64,000 nt of DNA from Tetramitus jugosus (lineage: Eukaryota; Protista; Heterolobosea), in the NCBI GenBank assembly GCA_937625935.1, contig OW569369.1:310001-374000 (forward strand), written 5' to 3'. Positions 25,286 to 36,000 of this stretch are shown piece after piece; the stretch's first letter is position 1, and every line of letters starts with the position of its first letter. The translations under genes were made by a program, and so were the position numbers. The notes below the pieces were generated by a model that did not search any database, was not told where the DNA came from, and saw only the letters and a list, made by a program, of their open reading frames with translations.

Positions 25286-25501
25286 GTCTTTATGAGCTTC
25301 CCTCCTCCACAAAAGATCAACTTTCTACAACCATCAAAAATAAATGTGGTTCTGCATTTGTTGGTTCCAAAAATAAAATCGAGATCTGGATTTCCTGCCA
25401 ACAACAAAATTCCAAGAGAAATTTCCTCCGCGATTGCACGCAGCTTAACACCCAAAAACACCAAAAACAAAAACCAACGCATAGCAACACACATAATCAA
25501 G

Positions 25502-25903
25502 ATGAAAATCCTACACACAATGCTCAGAGTGGGTGACCTCCAAAAGTCACTCGAATTCTACTGCGACATTCTCGGTATGAAAGAAAAGAGAAGAAGTGAT
25601 TTCCCCGACGGTCAATTCACACTTGTTTTTGTGGGTTATGAGAATGATGAACATGAATTGGAGTTGACATACAATTATGGTGTCAAGTCATATGAGATTG
25701 GAACAGGTTATGGTCATATTGCACTTGGTGTTCAAGACATTAAGCAAGTCGTTGAACAGATTAGACAATCAGGTGGTAAGGTGACGAGAGAACCTGGTCC
25801 AATGAAGCACGGAACAACTGTGATTGCGTTCGTGGAGGATCCTGATGGTTACAAGGTTGAGTTGATTGAGGAGAAGACAATGATTCCAAAGAGCGACGAA
25901 TAA
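25502..25903 (+). CDS. GLO1: Lactoylglutathione lyase (glyoxalase I), short bacterial GloA-like form
   Basis: 133 aa [13 protein letters not shown]...ELELTYNYG...YGHIALGV...[14 protein letters not shown]. The upstream ORF extension overlaps the SRP RNA and is spurious. Confidence 0.95.
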   Translation: MKILHTMLRVGDLQKSLEFYCDILGMKEKRRSDFPDGQFTLVFVGYENDEHELELTYNYGVKSYEIGTGYGHIALGVQDIKQVVEQIRQSGGKVTREPGPMKHGTTVIAFVEDPDGYKVELIEEKTMIPKSDE

Positions 25904-26031
25904 TAAATGAACAAATTAAATGTAAACGTTTGTTGTTTGTTTGAGAAGGTGGTTGGTTCGCTTTTTGTTGTTTGCATTGTTGTTTTTACATTTGTTTTTG
26001 AGTGAGTAGCTTGCGTTTGAGGAATACTTGC

Positions 26032-28680
26032 TTATTGTTGTTGTTGTTGTGTTGATTGCTGGTCTTGTTGTTGCTGTGCGTCAACAGTGATTGTGTTGTC
26101 ATCATTGTTGATTGTTGAGGGTTCTTCTGCCACAGGGTCAGAGGTTCGTTCACGACGAGTAAACATGGAGTACGTTCGCACCACTCGTTCATCGTTGGTT
26201 GGAACGTGAGGTTCCCACGATAGCTCCACTCTTAGCTTAGTGTTGTCATTGTACAGGATGGGACGCAAAGCACTGTTGCTGCGTGTCCTTGTGTGCTTGG
26301 AGACAGTAGGCAAGTCTAGTTGCTGTGCTGTTGGTTGCTGTTGATGTATTGGGTTCTGAAAGTTGCTTGACAATGATTCGAGCTCTACCCACAGTTGAAG
26401 CGGCGTGTTGCCTGTGAGTGCATCAAAGTTGAGCTCATCCAACTCGATGCAACCTTGAGCCAATGGGACGAGTGGCAGCGGATCGATTTGTTTGTGGAAC
26501 ACTTGAAACTCTAACTTCTCAACTTCATGGTTACTGACGTACATTGATAACGTCTCGTTCCAAGCTGGATTCTGTGTTCTTGAAATACAACTCGTTCTTT
26601 GTGGCTTCTTCCACCACACTTGATCCAACTCCTTTTCACAACCAGTCAAACTCAATTGTACAAAAGCATTGCTGGAAGCAATTTTCAGAAAATCTGGATG
26701 AGGTAAATTCACAGCTTCAATCACTTTGACCTTCAATACTCCTTGTGTCAAAAAGAAAGACTGTGCACCAAATGCACCAAACACGATAGACAAGAGGTTG
26801 ACACCTCTAAACAGATTAATAATTTTGGATCGTTCAACACTGGCATTCTTGATCACTTGCTCAGCATCCACAGTCTTTGTAAACTTCTTGTAAGCCATGG
26901 AGATTTTCTGAACGACAAAGCTGTCGAGCCTGCGAGACTTGACAAGATCGAGCCATATGACATCATATGTCTCAATACCAAAGGATCTTAGGAGCTTATT
27001 CACATAATTTTGCCACTTTTTCTGATTGGTGTTCGATATGACATTGCCATCTTCTCTGAAGAAACAGTAAGAGCTATCGTTGTCGATGGTCCACTTCTTT
27101 CGTTCAGCATTCCACTTGAATTCACCTCCCATTCTTGCAGGTCCTCTACCAGCACTAATGTTCTCCACTCTTCCCAGATGATACACGCCTGTTGCTGTCA
27201 AATCTCCATGCTTGACCGATGTCCTGTTCGGAGCAAAATTGTCTTGCTTATCAGGACAGAACGTAAAATTGCAATCAGCATCAATCACCCAAATATAATT
27301 GTTCTTTGTTTGTAGCACTCTGTTCTTACCATCTATCGTGTACTGTGCATTGAACATTTTTCGAATATTAACGTCCACTTTTCGATCCTTGCGCTCCAAT
27401 CGATGCTTGATCCGTTGTCTCAGATTGTGCTTTTGTGTCACATTGGCATACTCTGTGTCCATGTGTGGCAGAAATTCGTTCAAATGATTACTACTATGGT
27501 GTCCATCCAATTCTTCATCATCGCTATAATAAACATCTTCGTCATCGTCTTCGTCTTCGTCATCGTCATCATCCGACATGACTTCTCTCGTAATGATATC
27601 ACTAATCTCCACTCGATGAACATTTTCTTGCACAGATGCCACAATGGCATCACTCTCCTGCATCAATCGTCTCTCGTAGGTATCATCTTGCAAGATGACC
27701 ATCTCTTCTGTCACTTGATTCAATCTTTGATCATACTTGCTCATCACTATCTGATCAACATGATGATGATGATGAGAGTGAGGGTCAATTGTTGATCCTA
27801 CAACACCTTGTTGCTCATTGGTTTCATTGACTTGAGCTACAACAGCATCATTGTCGTCTACTGTAGTAGTTGCTGTTGTCGTTATTGTTGTTGTTGGTTG
27901 ATTATGATTGGCCAACAACAGTGCAGCGGCAGGAGAGAGGAGCAAACCACATAGATTCAATTGCATGTACTCTTGTAGTTGACTCTCCATGGGATGTGCT
28001 TCTGATTGGAAAGTGACCCACTTTGTCTCTGGATAGCTCTGATGATCCTTGTAGTACTGCACAAATGCCCTATTCTTCTTGTTCTTCTTATCATCATCAA
28101 CACCATTACCATGACTACCATTGTTAATGAGTAGTGATGATGAGACAGAAACAGGTAATTGATGATATTGTTGCTCTAGTGCCGCTGCAGTTGTAGCCAC
28201 AGATGTCGATGCAGATGTTGTTGTGATTGTGGTTGACCAAGTGTCCAATCTCTCATACAGTGTAGCTCTCTTGCTCTGACTGTTGGCAAACGACAATCGA
28301 AACACTGTCGGTGGAACATGATAGGGTATTTGCTCTGGTGAATAAGTGACGGCAGCACTGGGAGGCACATGTTCCTTCAAAAGCTTTTGAGCTTTTTTGA
28401 ATTTTCGATAGCGTTTGGAGGTGGATGAAGCAGTCGTGTATTCAGCTAAGTAAGTATCTTCATCACCATCATTTTCATTGTTGGGGTTATTGTTATTGTT
28501 ATAGTTGTTGTTATGGTTGTTGAGATGAGTTGTTGTAGTGAATGTGGAAGTATCGAGTTCAATGTTCTCTGATGCTTGTTGTTGTTGGTGGTGAGGTGGT
28601 CGACGTGATGATGCTGGTGGAGGAGAACGAAAAGTGTCAAGGTTGACCAGTGGATCGGTATCTGATGACTCTTGGCTGAA
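26032..28680 (-). pseudogene. C2-domain protein gene separated from its likely start codon by a transposon insertion
   Basis: Long open frame with a C2 domain (LKVKVIEAVNL...QNPAWNETL) but no ATG near its 5' end. The frame abuts the TIR at 28681. An ATG TTT GCA at 32856-32848, after an A-rich leader, lies just beyond the other TIR. Confidence 0.7.
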
Positions 28681-28694
28681 CAAGACAACACAGT
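28681..28694 (+). repeat. Left TIR CAAGACAACACAGT
   Basis: Exact reverse complement of 32834-32847; contains CACAGTT at 28689-28695. Confidence 0.85.
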
Positions 28695-28820
28695 TGCGTT
28701 AAAATCTCGAAAGACCTCTGAAATTGAGGCTTCAACCAAAGAGACTCAGACAAAAAACGACAAAGCATCAATGACCAACGACACAACCCTCAACCCCAAC
28801 ACAACAAAGACTTTTTACCA

Positions 28821-29480
28821 ATGAAGGTGACGACCACCAATCAGAAACAACATAACTTCATGACAATGTACACTTCAGAGACTTTCCAAAAGAAGAGAGT
28901 TAAGGGAGAGAGATTGGCATTTACCAAGGTAGCACTACCATCATCTGATGTTGATACCAGCGAAGAGAAACGTGATATACTTTTGACTGGTTTAACACAC
29001 AAACATCATTGCAACCCACTACATTTCGAATACAAACGGGACTCCGAGTTCATCGCACAGGAGAGAACATACGCATTCTTTCGTTTCAATGAATTCCTTT
29101 CGAACACATGTCACATTTTGAATAGAAGATTAACACCAGGGTTTGCAAAAGATGGTAGAGTTCATCTTGTCGGTATTGACTGGAGATTACTTGATCGTTT
29201 TTTCTGTCAGTTCAAGTGCAACAAGACTCATAAAACATTTCACCCCACTGTTGACCGCAAGAGAGTAGATGTTACATATTACTATTATGAATTCAGAGAA
29301 CTACCAGATCTGGGAGTAACAGACTGGTGGATCAAAAGACACCATCCTAATGATGAATTCAAAAACTATTCAGAATCATTCTACACCAAATTGAAGTTTG
29401 GTGTATGTACGGAGACCAACAGAGTTTGGGTCGATTACTGGCAGACCACCAGTTCAGAACAAGGTTTCATTACCGCGTAA
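28821..29480 (+). CDS. Transposon-borne hypothetical protein (219 aa), tail-to-tail with the transposase
   Basis: Intronless ATG-initiated ORF of globular composition inside the TIRs; no family recognised. Confidence 0.65.
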   Translation: MKVTTTNQKQHNFMTMYTSETFQKKRVKGERLAFTKVALPSSDVDTSEEKRDILLTGLTHKHHCNPLHFEYKRDSEFIAQERTYAFFRFNEFLSNTCHILNRRLTPGFAKDGRVHLVGIDWRLLDRFFCQFKCNKTHKTFHPTVDRKRVDVTYYYYEFRELPDLGVTDWWIKRHHPNDEFKNYSESFYTKLKFGVCTETNRVWVDYWQTTSSEQGFITA

Positions 29481-29611
29481 ATATTTTCCCCTTCATCATC
29501 TTCTTTGAACTATTCACCTCAACAACGCAAAAAAAAAAACAATCAAGATGATACAATCATGTGGCAAACTGTCCTCGCTCTATTCAGGATGCTCAACCTA
29601 TAGAAAATAGA

Positions 29612-32600
29612 TTACAACGACATTTCGTCCCAAAAGCTTCTCAAATCACTACTGATGGCTTGGGATGAGATACTTCGATGTCGTTTTGCATCTCTGTCGT
29701 CATCAATGCTCTCATCAGGTGAAGCTCGCTTCACGCCATGCTGAGAAGAGATGAGATTTTGACGTCCTGATAACTGTTGCAGTGTAGGATATACTGCTTT
29801 ATCGATGAGAGGCCTAAATGTTCGATCCACATACGCTACCCCCTCAGACATGATACCAGATACATGAGGATCGATTCGAGCTCTCCACTTGGAAATTAAC
29901 TCGTCTGAGATTTTACTGACGCGCTTGATTGGAATCTCCAAGATATTTTGTGGTTCTGATACACACTCGCTCTCCCAGTCCCCATCTGAATCGTCATCCA
30001 CAGCATGATCTACAAACTCATCACTATCATCGGAGTGGAATTCTTGGTCTCTGAACGGAATATTCCCTTCTTCTGTTTCTCCATTTTCACCACTATTGGA
30101 ATTTTTGGCGAACACGCGCTTGTTATATTCGCTCTCTTTACCGAGCCATTTCATTTTGTGCTTGCATGCAATATATATTCGGCGTAGAAGCAATAGAAAT
30201 CTCTGTAAATCAGGATCTATTTTGTTTCTCCCTCCCCCTCTACTAGACGCAGACTCCTTACATTGGGAATCAGTGGAATGAAAGGCCTCTGCGCCCTGGT
30301 TTTGCAATTGAGACCATGTAACGTCATTGTCTGCCTCTTCTGGTACATGTCTGATAATGTAATGGTAGTAATAGGAACCTTTTACATTGGGATACCTGTA
30401 AACAAGCACTATACCAAAGGCTTTACAGCATGCCTTCAAAAATTCCAAGTCACGATACTTTAGTGACTCTGAATCAGCTTCAAGGTACACTAGGTGTATA
30501 TATCTGTTGAGTTCTAGGAGAAGAAGTTCACAAGGGTCGGCTATATCTTGAATAATATCTTCTAAGTTCATCATCATCTCCGTAATCTGCAGCCCTCTAC
30601 TGAACGGAAATCTGCGAACGGTTTGGTCCATATTATCGTCATCTTCATCACCTCTCTCAGTTCTCCATGCAAATTTTCTTAGTGTTGGATACTGTCGGAC
30701 TCTCTCTGCAACTAAATCATACAACTTTGGATCATTTCTGCTGTAGAGAATGTTGGTCATCAAGTTTTCATGGGATCTGCATTTGCAATGCAACACACAG
30801 TATCGTATTTTAGCACCGACAAGTCCATTGTGGAATACTATAATCCTTTGGTTATATTGTTTGTACTGCTGGGTCACCGGGTCTGGGGCGTAAGAGTGAT
30901 GTCTCTCCGAAAGTTTACAGTCGCAGTGACCACAGAACATGCCATCTTCAAACATATTGGTGAAGTGCTGGAAGGCCTTCCAGTCATTCACAACAAATAA
31001 TTCGCACTGAAATTCCTGATCTTTGTATTTCAGACCATGTGTGGAGAGATGTGAAAGTGAAGGTATTACATGTTTGAAATGAGTACGGAATTCCTCTTCA
31101 CCTTCATCTCCTCTGTACATGGATATCAGAGTACATGAGTCGCGGGACTGAACAGCAAACACTTTGCAGTTCAAAAGAGTCAATGTCATCACCACAACCC
31201 CTTTTGAGCCATCAACACTGATTTTCGTTAATAGTTTCTGCTTCAAATGATCCAAGTCACCTGATTCATTTTCTTCAATCTCCAATAATGCCAAAACGAT
31301 TTTCACTGGATCCACACAATGTCCCATACCAGCACTACTCACAGATGGTTTCTTGCTCTTTTTGGACTTCTTTTTGGATTGTCTTGCAGAAGTAGGTATG
31401 TTCTCGGCTGACTCGTTTGCTTGTGTACCAGTTGGTAAGTACTGGAAACGAGATTTGACTTTTGCATTAATAGATTGTCTCATATTATTAATGGTATTGC
31501 TATGCTTCAATACAGAAGAGAAGTTGAAGAATTTTCGAAGGGCTTCAAACTTACCCAAACTAATGAGATACCAGTCAAGAAAGTAAAGAGTGTTCTCTGT
31601 TTCCAGGTTTCTGAGAATTGAATTGGTTTGCATCTGTGTTATCTTCCTTAGCTCAATTGCTTTGGTTTTGCATTGATTCATAATGTGCACAATGATAGAT
31701 TTAAGTTCATTCATGTTGTTCCTGAAGTAGTATGCCAGTAGTTGAATTTTCCCAGGAACTGGAGCATTTAGAGGTTCAAACACGACAGAGGCCATTAAGA
31801 TGGTCATGATAGTCATAACTTTGCTGGTCAAAGTAGCCTTCGTTGCCGAAACAAGGTCATCGAATTCTTTATGCTTCTTTCTTGCATCATCGCCTGGTCT
31901 GTTATTCTTTGACGGGACAATAACACTGCATCCACAGTTGGTACATTCATATCTCACAGAATCTTTACCAGAGAGATCGATTGACAATGGATTAGTTTTG
32001 GCTGCAGCAATTACCTCTTGATCTATTGCAATTTTCGTTTTAGTGTTGGACGATGTACATGTTGATGAGGGGGTGTTACTTTGGGGTTGTTGTGGTTGTC
32101 GTGTGTGTGTTACAGAATCTGTTTGCAAAATACAAGACTGTGAATGTGTTAATTGGTTAGGTAGTGAATTGGGGTATGTTGGTGTCCAATACTGTATCAT
32201 AGAAGGATGAGAAAACTGGCTGTGGTCTTGTGATTGAAAATCATCCGTACTGTAAGAGTATGAATTGTGTGTCTGAGAATATGTTGCTAAGTAGTTTATC
32301 CCAGCGGTATCGAGATAACTGGTTGTTGCAGTGAGATCAACGACAAGTTTGTCACAGATCCAATGAAGAAATGAATTCCTCAGATTTGAATAGTTACTCA
32401 GGAGATAACCAACAACCCATGGAATAGAGTATCTCTGCTTTCTACCAAACTGACATGTGAACACTTCATTCTCTGTCATATATCCTGGTTTTGCTTTTGG
32501 CATAGATGCATTATTCGTGGTTGCATGTGACTTTACGAAATCACGACTGATATGTAACAGATATCTGTTGTCCTTGTGAATTAAACCCGGAGCTAGTCCA

Positions 32601-32674
32601 TTTATTATTGTTGTGAACGGTATATCTAGCTGTTGAGAGGCCACTGTCTCCTCTGGAGGGCCTTTGATGCTCAT
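29612..32674 (-). CDS. RAG1/Transib-family DDE transposase (1020 aa, uninterrupted)
   Basis: Collinear RAG1-core-like motifs: KISVDG (D488), VQSRDSCTLISMYRGDE, VNDWK (D564), FCGHC, VLHC, YYHYIIRHVPE, QNQGAEAFH (E796). Confidence 0.85.
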   Translation of the reverse strand: MSIKGPPEETVASQQLDIPFTTIINGLAPGLIHKDNRYLLHISRDFVKSHATTNNASMPKAKPGYMTENEVFTCQFGRKQRYSIPWVVGYLLSNYSNLRNSFLHWICDKLVVDLTATTSYLDTAGINYLATYSQTHNSYSYSTDDFQSQDHSQFSHPSMIQYWTPTYPNSLPNQLTHSQSCILQTDSVTHTRQPQQPQSNTPSSTCTSSNTKTKIAIDQEVIAAAKTNPLSIDLSGKDSVRYECTNCGCSVIVPSKNNRPGDDARKKHKEFDDLVSATKATLTSKVMTIMTILMASVVFEPLNAPVPGKIQLLAYYFRNNMNELKSIIVHIMNQCKTKAIELRKITQMQTNSILRNLETENTLYFLDWYLISLGKFEALRKFFNFSSVLKHSNTINNMRQSINAKVKSRFQYLPTGTQANESAENIPTSARQSKKKSKKSKKPSVSSAGMGHCVDPVKIVLALLEIEENESGDLDHLKQKLLTKISVDGSKGVVVMTLTLLNCKVFAVQSRDSCTLISMYRGDEGEEEFRTHFKHVIPSLSHLSTHGLKYKDQEFQCELFVVNDWKAFQHFTNMFEDGMFCGHCDCKLSERHHSYAPDPVTQQYKQYNQRIIVFHNGLVGAKIRYCVLHCKCRSHENLMTNILYSRNDPKLYDLVAERVRQYPTLRKFAWRTERGDEDDDNMDQTVRRFPFSRGLQITEMMMNLEDIIQDIADPCELLLLELNRYIHLVYLEADSESLKYRDLEFLKACCKAFGIVLVYRYPNVKGSYYYHYIIRHVPEEADNDVTWSQLQNQGAEAFHSTDSQCKESASSRGGGRNKIDPDLQRFLLLLRRIYIACKHKMKWLGKESEYNKRVFAKNSNSGENGETEEGNIPFRDQEFHSDDSDEFVDHAVDDDSDGDWESECVSEPQNILEIPIKRVSKISDELISKWRARIDPHVSGIMSEGVAYVDRTFRPLIDKAVYPTLQQLSGRQNLISSQHGVKRASPDESIDDDRDAKRHRSISSQAISSDLRSFWDEMSL

Positions 32675-32833
32675 AGTTGTGTTTAGTAGTTTTCTGCTTC
32701 TTCGTTTTGGTTCAATATTCTTCTAGTTGCTGGAACTTTGAAGAACTGGAACTTTCGAAAATATTCTCCGCCTGTCGGAATGGGCGTTGTAAGCTCGGTT
32801 TCTGCCTTCTCGACAACCGTGGGTGTTTTGGAC

Positions 32834-32847
32834 ACTGTGTTGTCTTG
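32834..32847 (-). repeat. Right TIR
   Basis: ACTGTGTTGTCTTG; read inward it is CAAGACAA-CACAGTG, with a perfect RSS heptamer at 32839-32833. Confidence 0.85.
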
Positions 32848-33094
32848 TGCAAACATGTCGTTGACAATTTTGTTGCAACTCTTTTTTTTTTTTTGATTTT
32901 GTTTTTTGACTGTTGAGCGTCAAGAGCTGCGAACTTGTTTCTTGTGAGCTGAGTTCCATGAGCCAGATATCTGTAACCCTGATTCTCTCAGCTTGGCCAT
33001 TGGTTGAAATCTGTTTTTGACCGGCCAGTCATTGCTTCCCCAAGCCAAAACAAAAACTTGATTGGAAAAATCACAAAAAAGTGAAAACAAAAAA

Positions 33095-34102
33095 ATGGAT
33101 CACCCTGAACGGCGGTATGCACAGAATGCAATGATCTCCAATCGGTCCAATTGGAGAACTATGCTTGTTGTGATCATGTCTTTGCTGTTCTTCCTGCATC
33201 ACTTGTTCATTCTTGATGTGAGTGCACTGTATGTGCAGGAACCACGGTTTCTCAAGGGATCCATGCCATTTTCAGTCGCTAGCTTTGGTCTTCCCTATGT
33301 CACCCAAAAGTGTGACTCAAGTGTTGTGGTGGTTGCTGAGCCGTTGCATGCTTGTTCAATGTCGGCCGATCGCATCCGCCAAAAAGCTTACAGCAACAAA
33401 ATTGTTCTCGTGCAGAGAGGTGTGTGTACTTTTGTTCAAAAGGCATTGGCTGTGCAGGAGGCAGGTGCTGTTGGTATGATTGTGTGGAATACGATGGACG
33501 ATGTACAGTCGTTGTTGAACTCTCAACAATTACAGCTTTCAGTGTCGAAAGCAATAGAGAAAGCTCGACATGATGCAGCGACTACTACGGGTCAAGTGGA
33601 AGCTTCAGAGGGGAAACAAGCTGTTTCGTCAATCAATGATAGAGTGGACATGATTGTAAAGGATCAGCGTGATACAGATCAACAGGAAGCAGTGCGACTG
33701 GAAAAGGACTCATCAAAGCTCGAAACTGCACAAACGAGTGAAACGAAGGCGACTATTTCTGTTGGTGCTGATGGTACTACACAGATTCGATTAGTTGGCG
33801 AGGGAGTGAATGAGATTTTGGATTCCTCGCAAGTTCAAAAACTGCTCGCATCCATGAGTCAACAGCAGATGCAGTCATCCTTTTCATCAGAGGCAAAGGA
33901 TCAAACGTCATCACCACCGCCAAATGCACCACCGCAGCATCAATTATTTACGATGAGTGATGACGGGAATGGTAAGCATGTGCGGATAAGGAGTGTCATG
34001 ATTAATAATAAGGATGGAACAAAGATTAAGAAGGCTCTGGATGCAGGTCATTCAGTCAAAATCAGCCTTGGTTATTGTAACATATTAAAATATGAATACT
34101 AG
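33095..34102 (+). CDS. Secreted/membrane protease-associated (PA) domain protein
   Basis: N-terminal hydrophobic segment. PA motif AEPLHAC...IVLVQRGVCTFVQKALAVQEAGAVGMIV, a long insert, then IRSVMINNKDG. Confidence 0.8.
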   Translation: MDHPERRYAQNAMISNRSNWRTMLVVIMSLLFFLHHLFILDVSALYVQEPRFLKGSMPFSVASFGLPYVTQKCDSSVVVVAEPLHACSMSADRIRQKAYSNKIVLVQRGVCTFVQKALAVQEAGAVGMIVWNTMDDVQSLLNSQQLQLSVSKAIEKARHDAATTTGQVEASEGKQAVSSINDRVDMIVKDQRDTDQQEAVRLEKDSSKLETAQTSETKATISVGADGTTQIRLVGEGVNEILDSSQVQKLLASMSQQQMQSSFSSEAKDQTSSPPPNAPPQHQLFTMSDDGNGKHVRIRSVMINNKDGTKIKKALDAGHSVKISLGYCNILKYEY

Positions 34103-34134
34103 CGAATTCTTCATCAATAAATTATTAATTGATA

Positions 34135-35184
34135 CTAATTCAGTTCATTGTTAATGTACTTGGCCAACAGATGCACAAACATTTGTGGATTGTCGGAATG
34201 AACCCAATGACCAGCATCCGGTATCGTCTCTATTTGATAGTTGGAGAACAAGCGATCAATCTCACTCTCATATGGCTCAAAGCAATAAAACGAGTTTCCA
34301 CCCCGAATAAACAACACATCTCCATCATACTTGTTCACTTCACTCTGTCTGTTGTGATAGTATTCTGGGAAACCACCCATCTGTACAACACTTTCACTAA
34401 GTACCCCATGATTGTGAATCCATTGCCAACCCTTCTTATCTGATCGTCTCATGAGATTGGTTGCCAAAAACAGTCGAACTCTCTTATCTGGTATATACTT
34501 TGCCAAATGATCGTCCACATGATGTCTCGTTCGATACTGTTCAGAGAATTCCATGGGTAGATCGTTCATTGCCCGAATCAAATTCGGTATCGTCCAACGC
34601 TCATTATTCACATAACTCACAGGCGCAATATCCAAAATGATTGACTTTTCAATATTGTAGTGATCCACACTGGATAAATCATCGTCAGACAGAGGAGCAT
34701 ACTGTGAAACCAGTGAGGGATTCGCTCTGGATAGACACAATTGCATGACTTGTTTCCCACCCATGGAATGACCCACCAATATGACATTCTTCCACTTTTG
34801 ATCCAAAATAAAAGAGTTGAGATCATGAGCGAGTGCCTCATAGCTCATCAATGGATCATGAAACGATTCTCCGTGATTTCTAGCATCGAGAAAATAGGCA
34901 CATCGATTTCCGTTCATTAAAATGTTGTCTCGTGCTTCATCCAACTGAAAAATACTGCGCCATAGTGATTTGTGACCAAAGAGACCGTGCATCACAACAA
35001 TGGGTGTTTCTGTGGCAGTGGCTGGATCACCAATCACATGATAGGATAATTTATTTTGTTGTTTTTTGTGGTGATGGTGGTTGTGTTGTGCAACTGTGGT
35101 GGAAAAGTGTTGCTTCTTCCAACTGGCAGTGAAGAGCTTTTGACATTGTAAATAGCTGTTGTTGCGTCGCAGTAACACTTGCAT
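34135..35184 (-). CDS. ABHD11: Alpha/beta hydrolase ABHD11/YbfF-like, mitochondrial
   Basis: HGLFG, DARNHGES, GHSMGG nucleophile elbow, DIAP, AGHWVHSDNP. Confidence 0.9.
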   Translation of the reverse strand: MQVLLRRNNSYLQCQKLFTASWKKQHFSTTVAQHNHHHHKKQQNKLSYHVIGDPATATETPIVVMHGLFGHKSLWRSIFQLDEARDNILMNGNRCAYFLDARNHGESFHDPLMSYEALAHDLNSFILDQKWKNVILVGHSMGGKQVMQLCLSRANPSLVSQYAPLSDDDLSSVDHYNIEKSIILDIAPVSYVNNERWTIPNLIRAMNDLPMEFSEQYRTRHHVDDHLAKYIPDKRVRLFLATNLMRRSDKKGWQWIHNHGVLSESVVQMGGFPEYYHNRQSEVNKYDGDVLFIRGGNSFYCFEPYESEIDRLFSNYQIETIPDAGHWVHSDNPQMFVHLLAKYINNELN

Positions 35185-35412
35185 TTTTTCTGTTCAGGTT
35201 TTCTCCGTTTTGTAGTGCGCACTTTTGATGGACATTGTAAAATAAGCTGCTTAATATTTATCCGATGATAATCGGACAGATCAAAACTTCCGGATCACAC
35301 AACAGCTCACCATTCCCTCACCACGATTTTCTCCCAACCTCATACGACGCTCACCACAACAACACAAAAAACAAACTCACAACCCCAACACACAAACATT
35401 AGCAAGTAAAAC

Positions 35413-36000
35413 ATGTCCAAGGCATTCGTTCAAAAGCCAGCTCCACAATTCAAGAAGACTGCTGTCGTCGATGGTGAATTCAAGACCATCTCCCTAGATG
35501 ACTACAAGGGCAAGTACTTTGTCTTGTTCTTCTACCCATTGGACTTTACCTTTGTCTGTCCAACTGAAATTGTTGCCTTCAACGACAGATTGGCTGACTT
35601 TGAGAAGATTAACTGTGGTATCGCCGCTGCTTCCATCGACTCTGAGTTTACTCACTTGGCATGGACCAACACCCCAAGAAAGCAAGGTGGTTTGGGACCA
35701 ACCAAGTTGCCATTGATTGCTGATATTGACAAGTCTTTGGCTAGAGACTATGGTGTCTTGTTGGACGATGGTGTTGCTTTGAGAGGCTTGTTCATCATTG
35801 ATCCAAACGGTATCGTTAGACAAATCACCATGAATGATTTGCCAGTCGGTAGAAATGTTGATGAAGTCTTGAGATTGGTTCAAGCTTTCCAATTCACTGA
35901 CGAGTACGGTGAAGTCTGTCCAGCCAACTGGAGCAAGGGCAGCAAGACCATGAAGGCAGACCCAAAGGGATCCCAAGAATACTTCTCTACCGCCAATTAA
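35413..36000 (+). CDS. PRDX: Typical 2-Cys peroxiredoxin
   Basis: [25 protein letters not shown] and the YF motif. Confidence 0.97.
   Translation: MSKAFVQKPAPQFKKTAVVDGEFKTISLDDYKGKYFVLFFYPLDFTFVCPTEIVAFNDRLADFEKINCGIAAASIDSEFTHLAWTNTPRKQGGLGPTKLPLIADIDKSLARDYGVLLDDGVALRGLFIIDPNGIVRQITMNDLPVGRNVDEVLRLVQAFQFTDEYGEVCPANWSKGSKTMKADPKGSQEYFSTAN

Larger units (their letters stand above)
28681..32847 (-). mobile_element. RAG1/Transib-like DNA transposon (4167 bp), apparently autonomous, with two convergent ORFs
   Basis: Perfect 14-bp TIRs CAAGACAACACAGT enclose a DDE transposase ORF. Flanks TGAA and TGCA may be an imperfect 4-bp TSD. Confidence 0.85.

Noticed and set aside
25034-25501. N-terminal extension of glyoxalase I in the ORF track
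   Set aside because: Non-ATG start and antisense to the SRP RNA; the real start is 25502.
28821-29480. Calling the second ORF RAG2-like
   Set aside because: No kelch repeats or PHD finger and too short; only its position is analogous.
32797-32805. Nonamer-like GCAGAAACC 27 bp inside the right heptamer (ProtoRAG-like spacing)
   Set aside because: Only 7/9 match, with no counterpart at 12, 23, 27 or 31 bp on the left end; may be chance.
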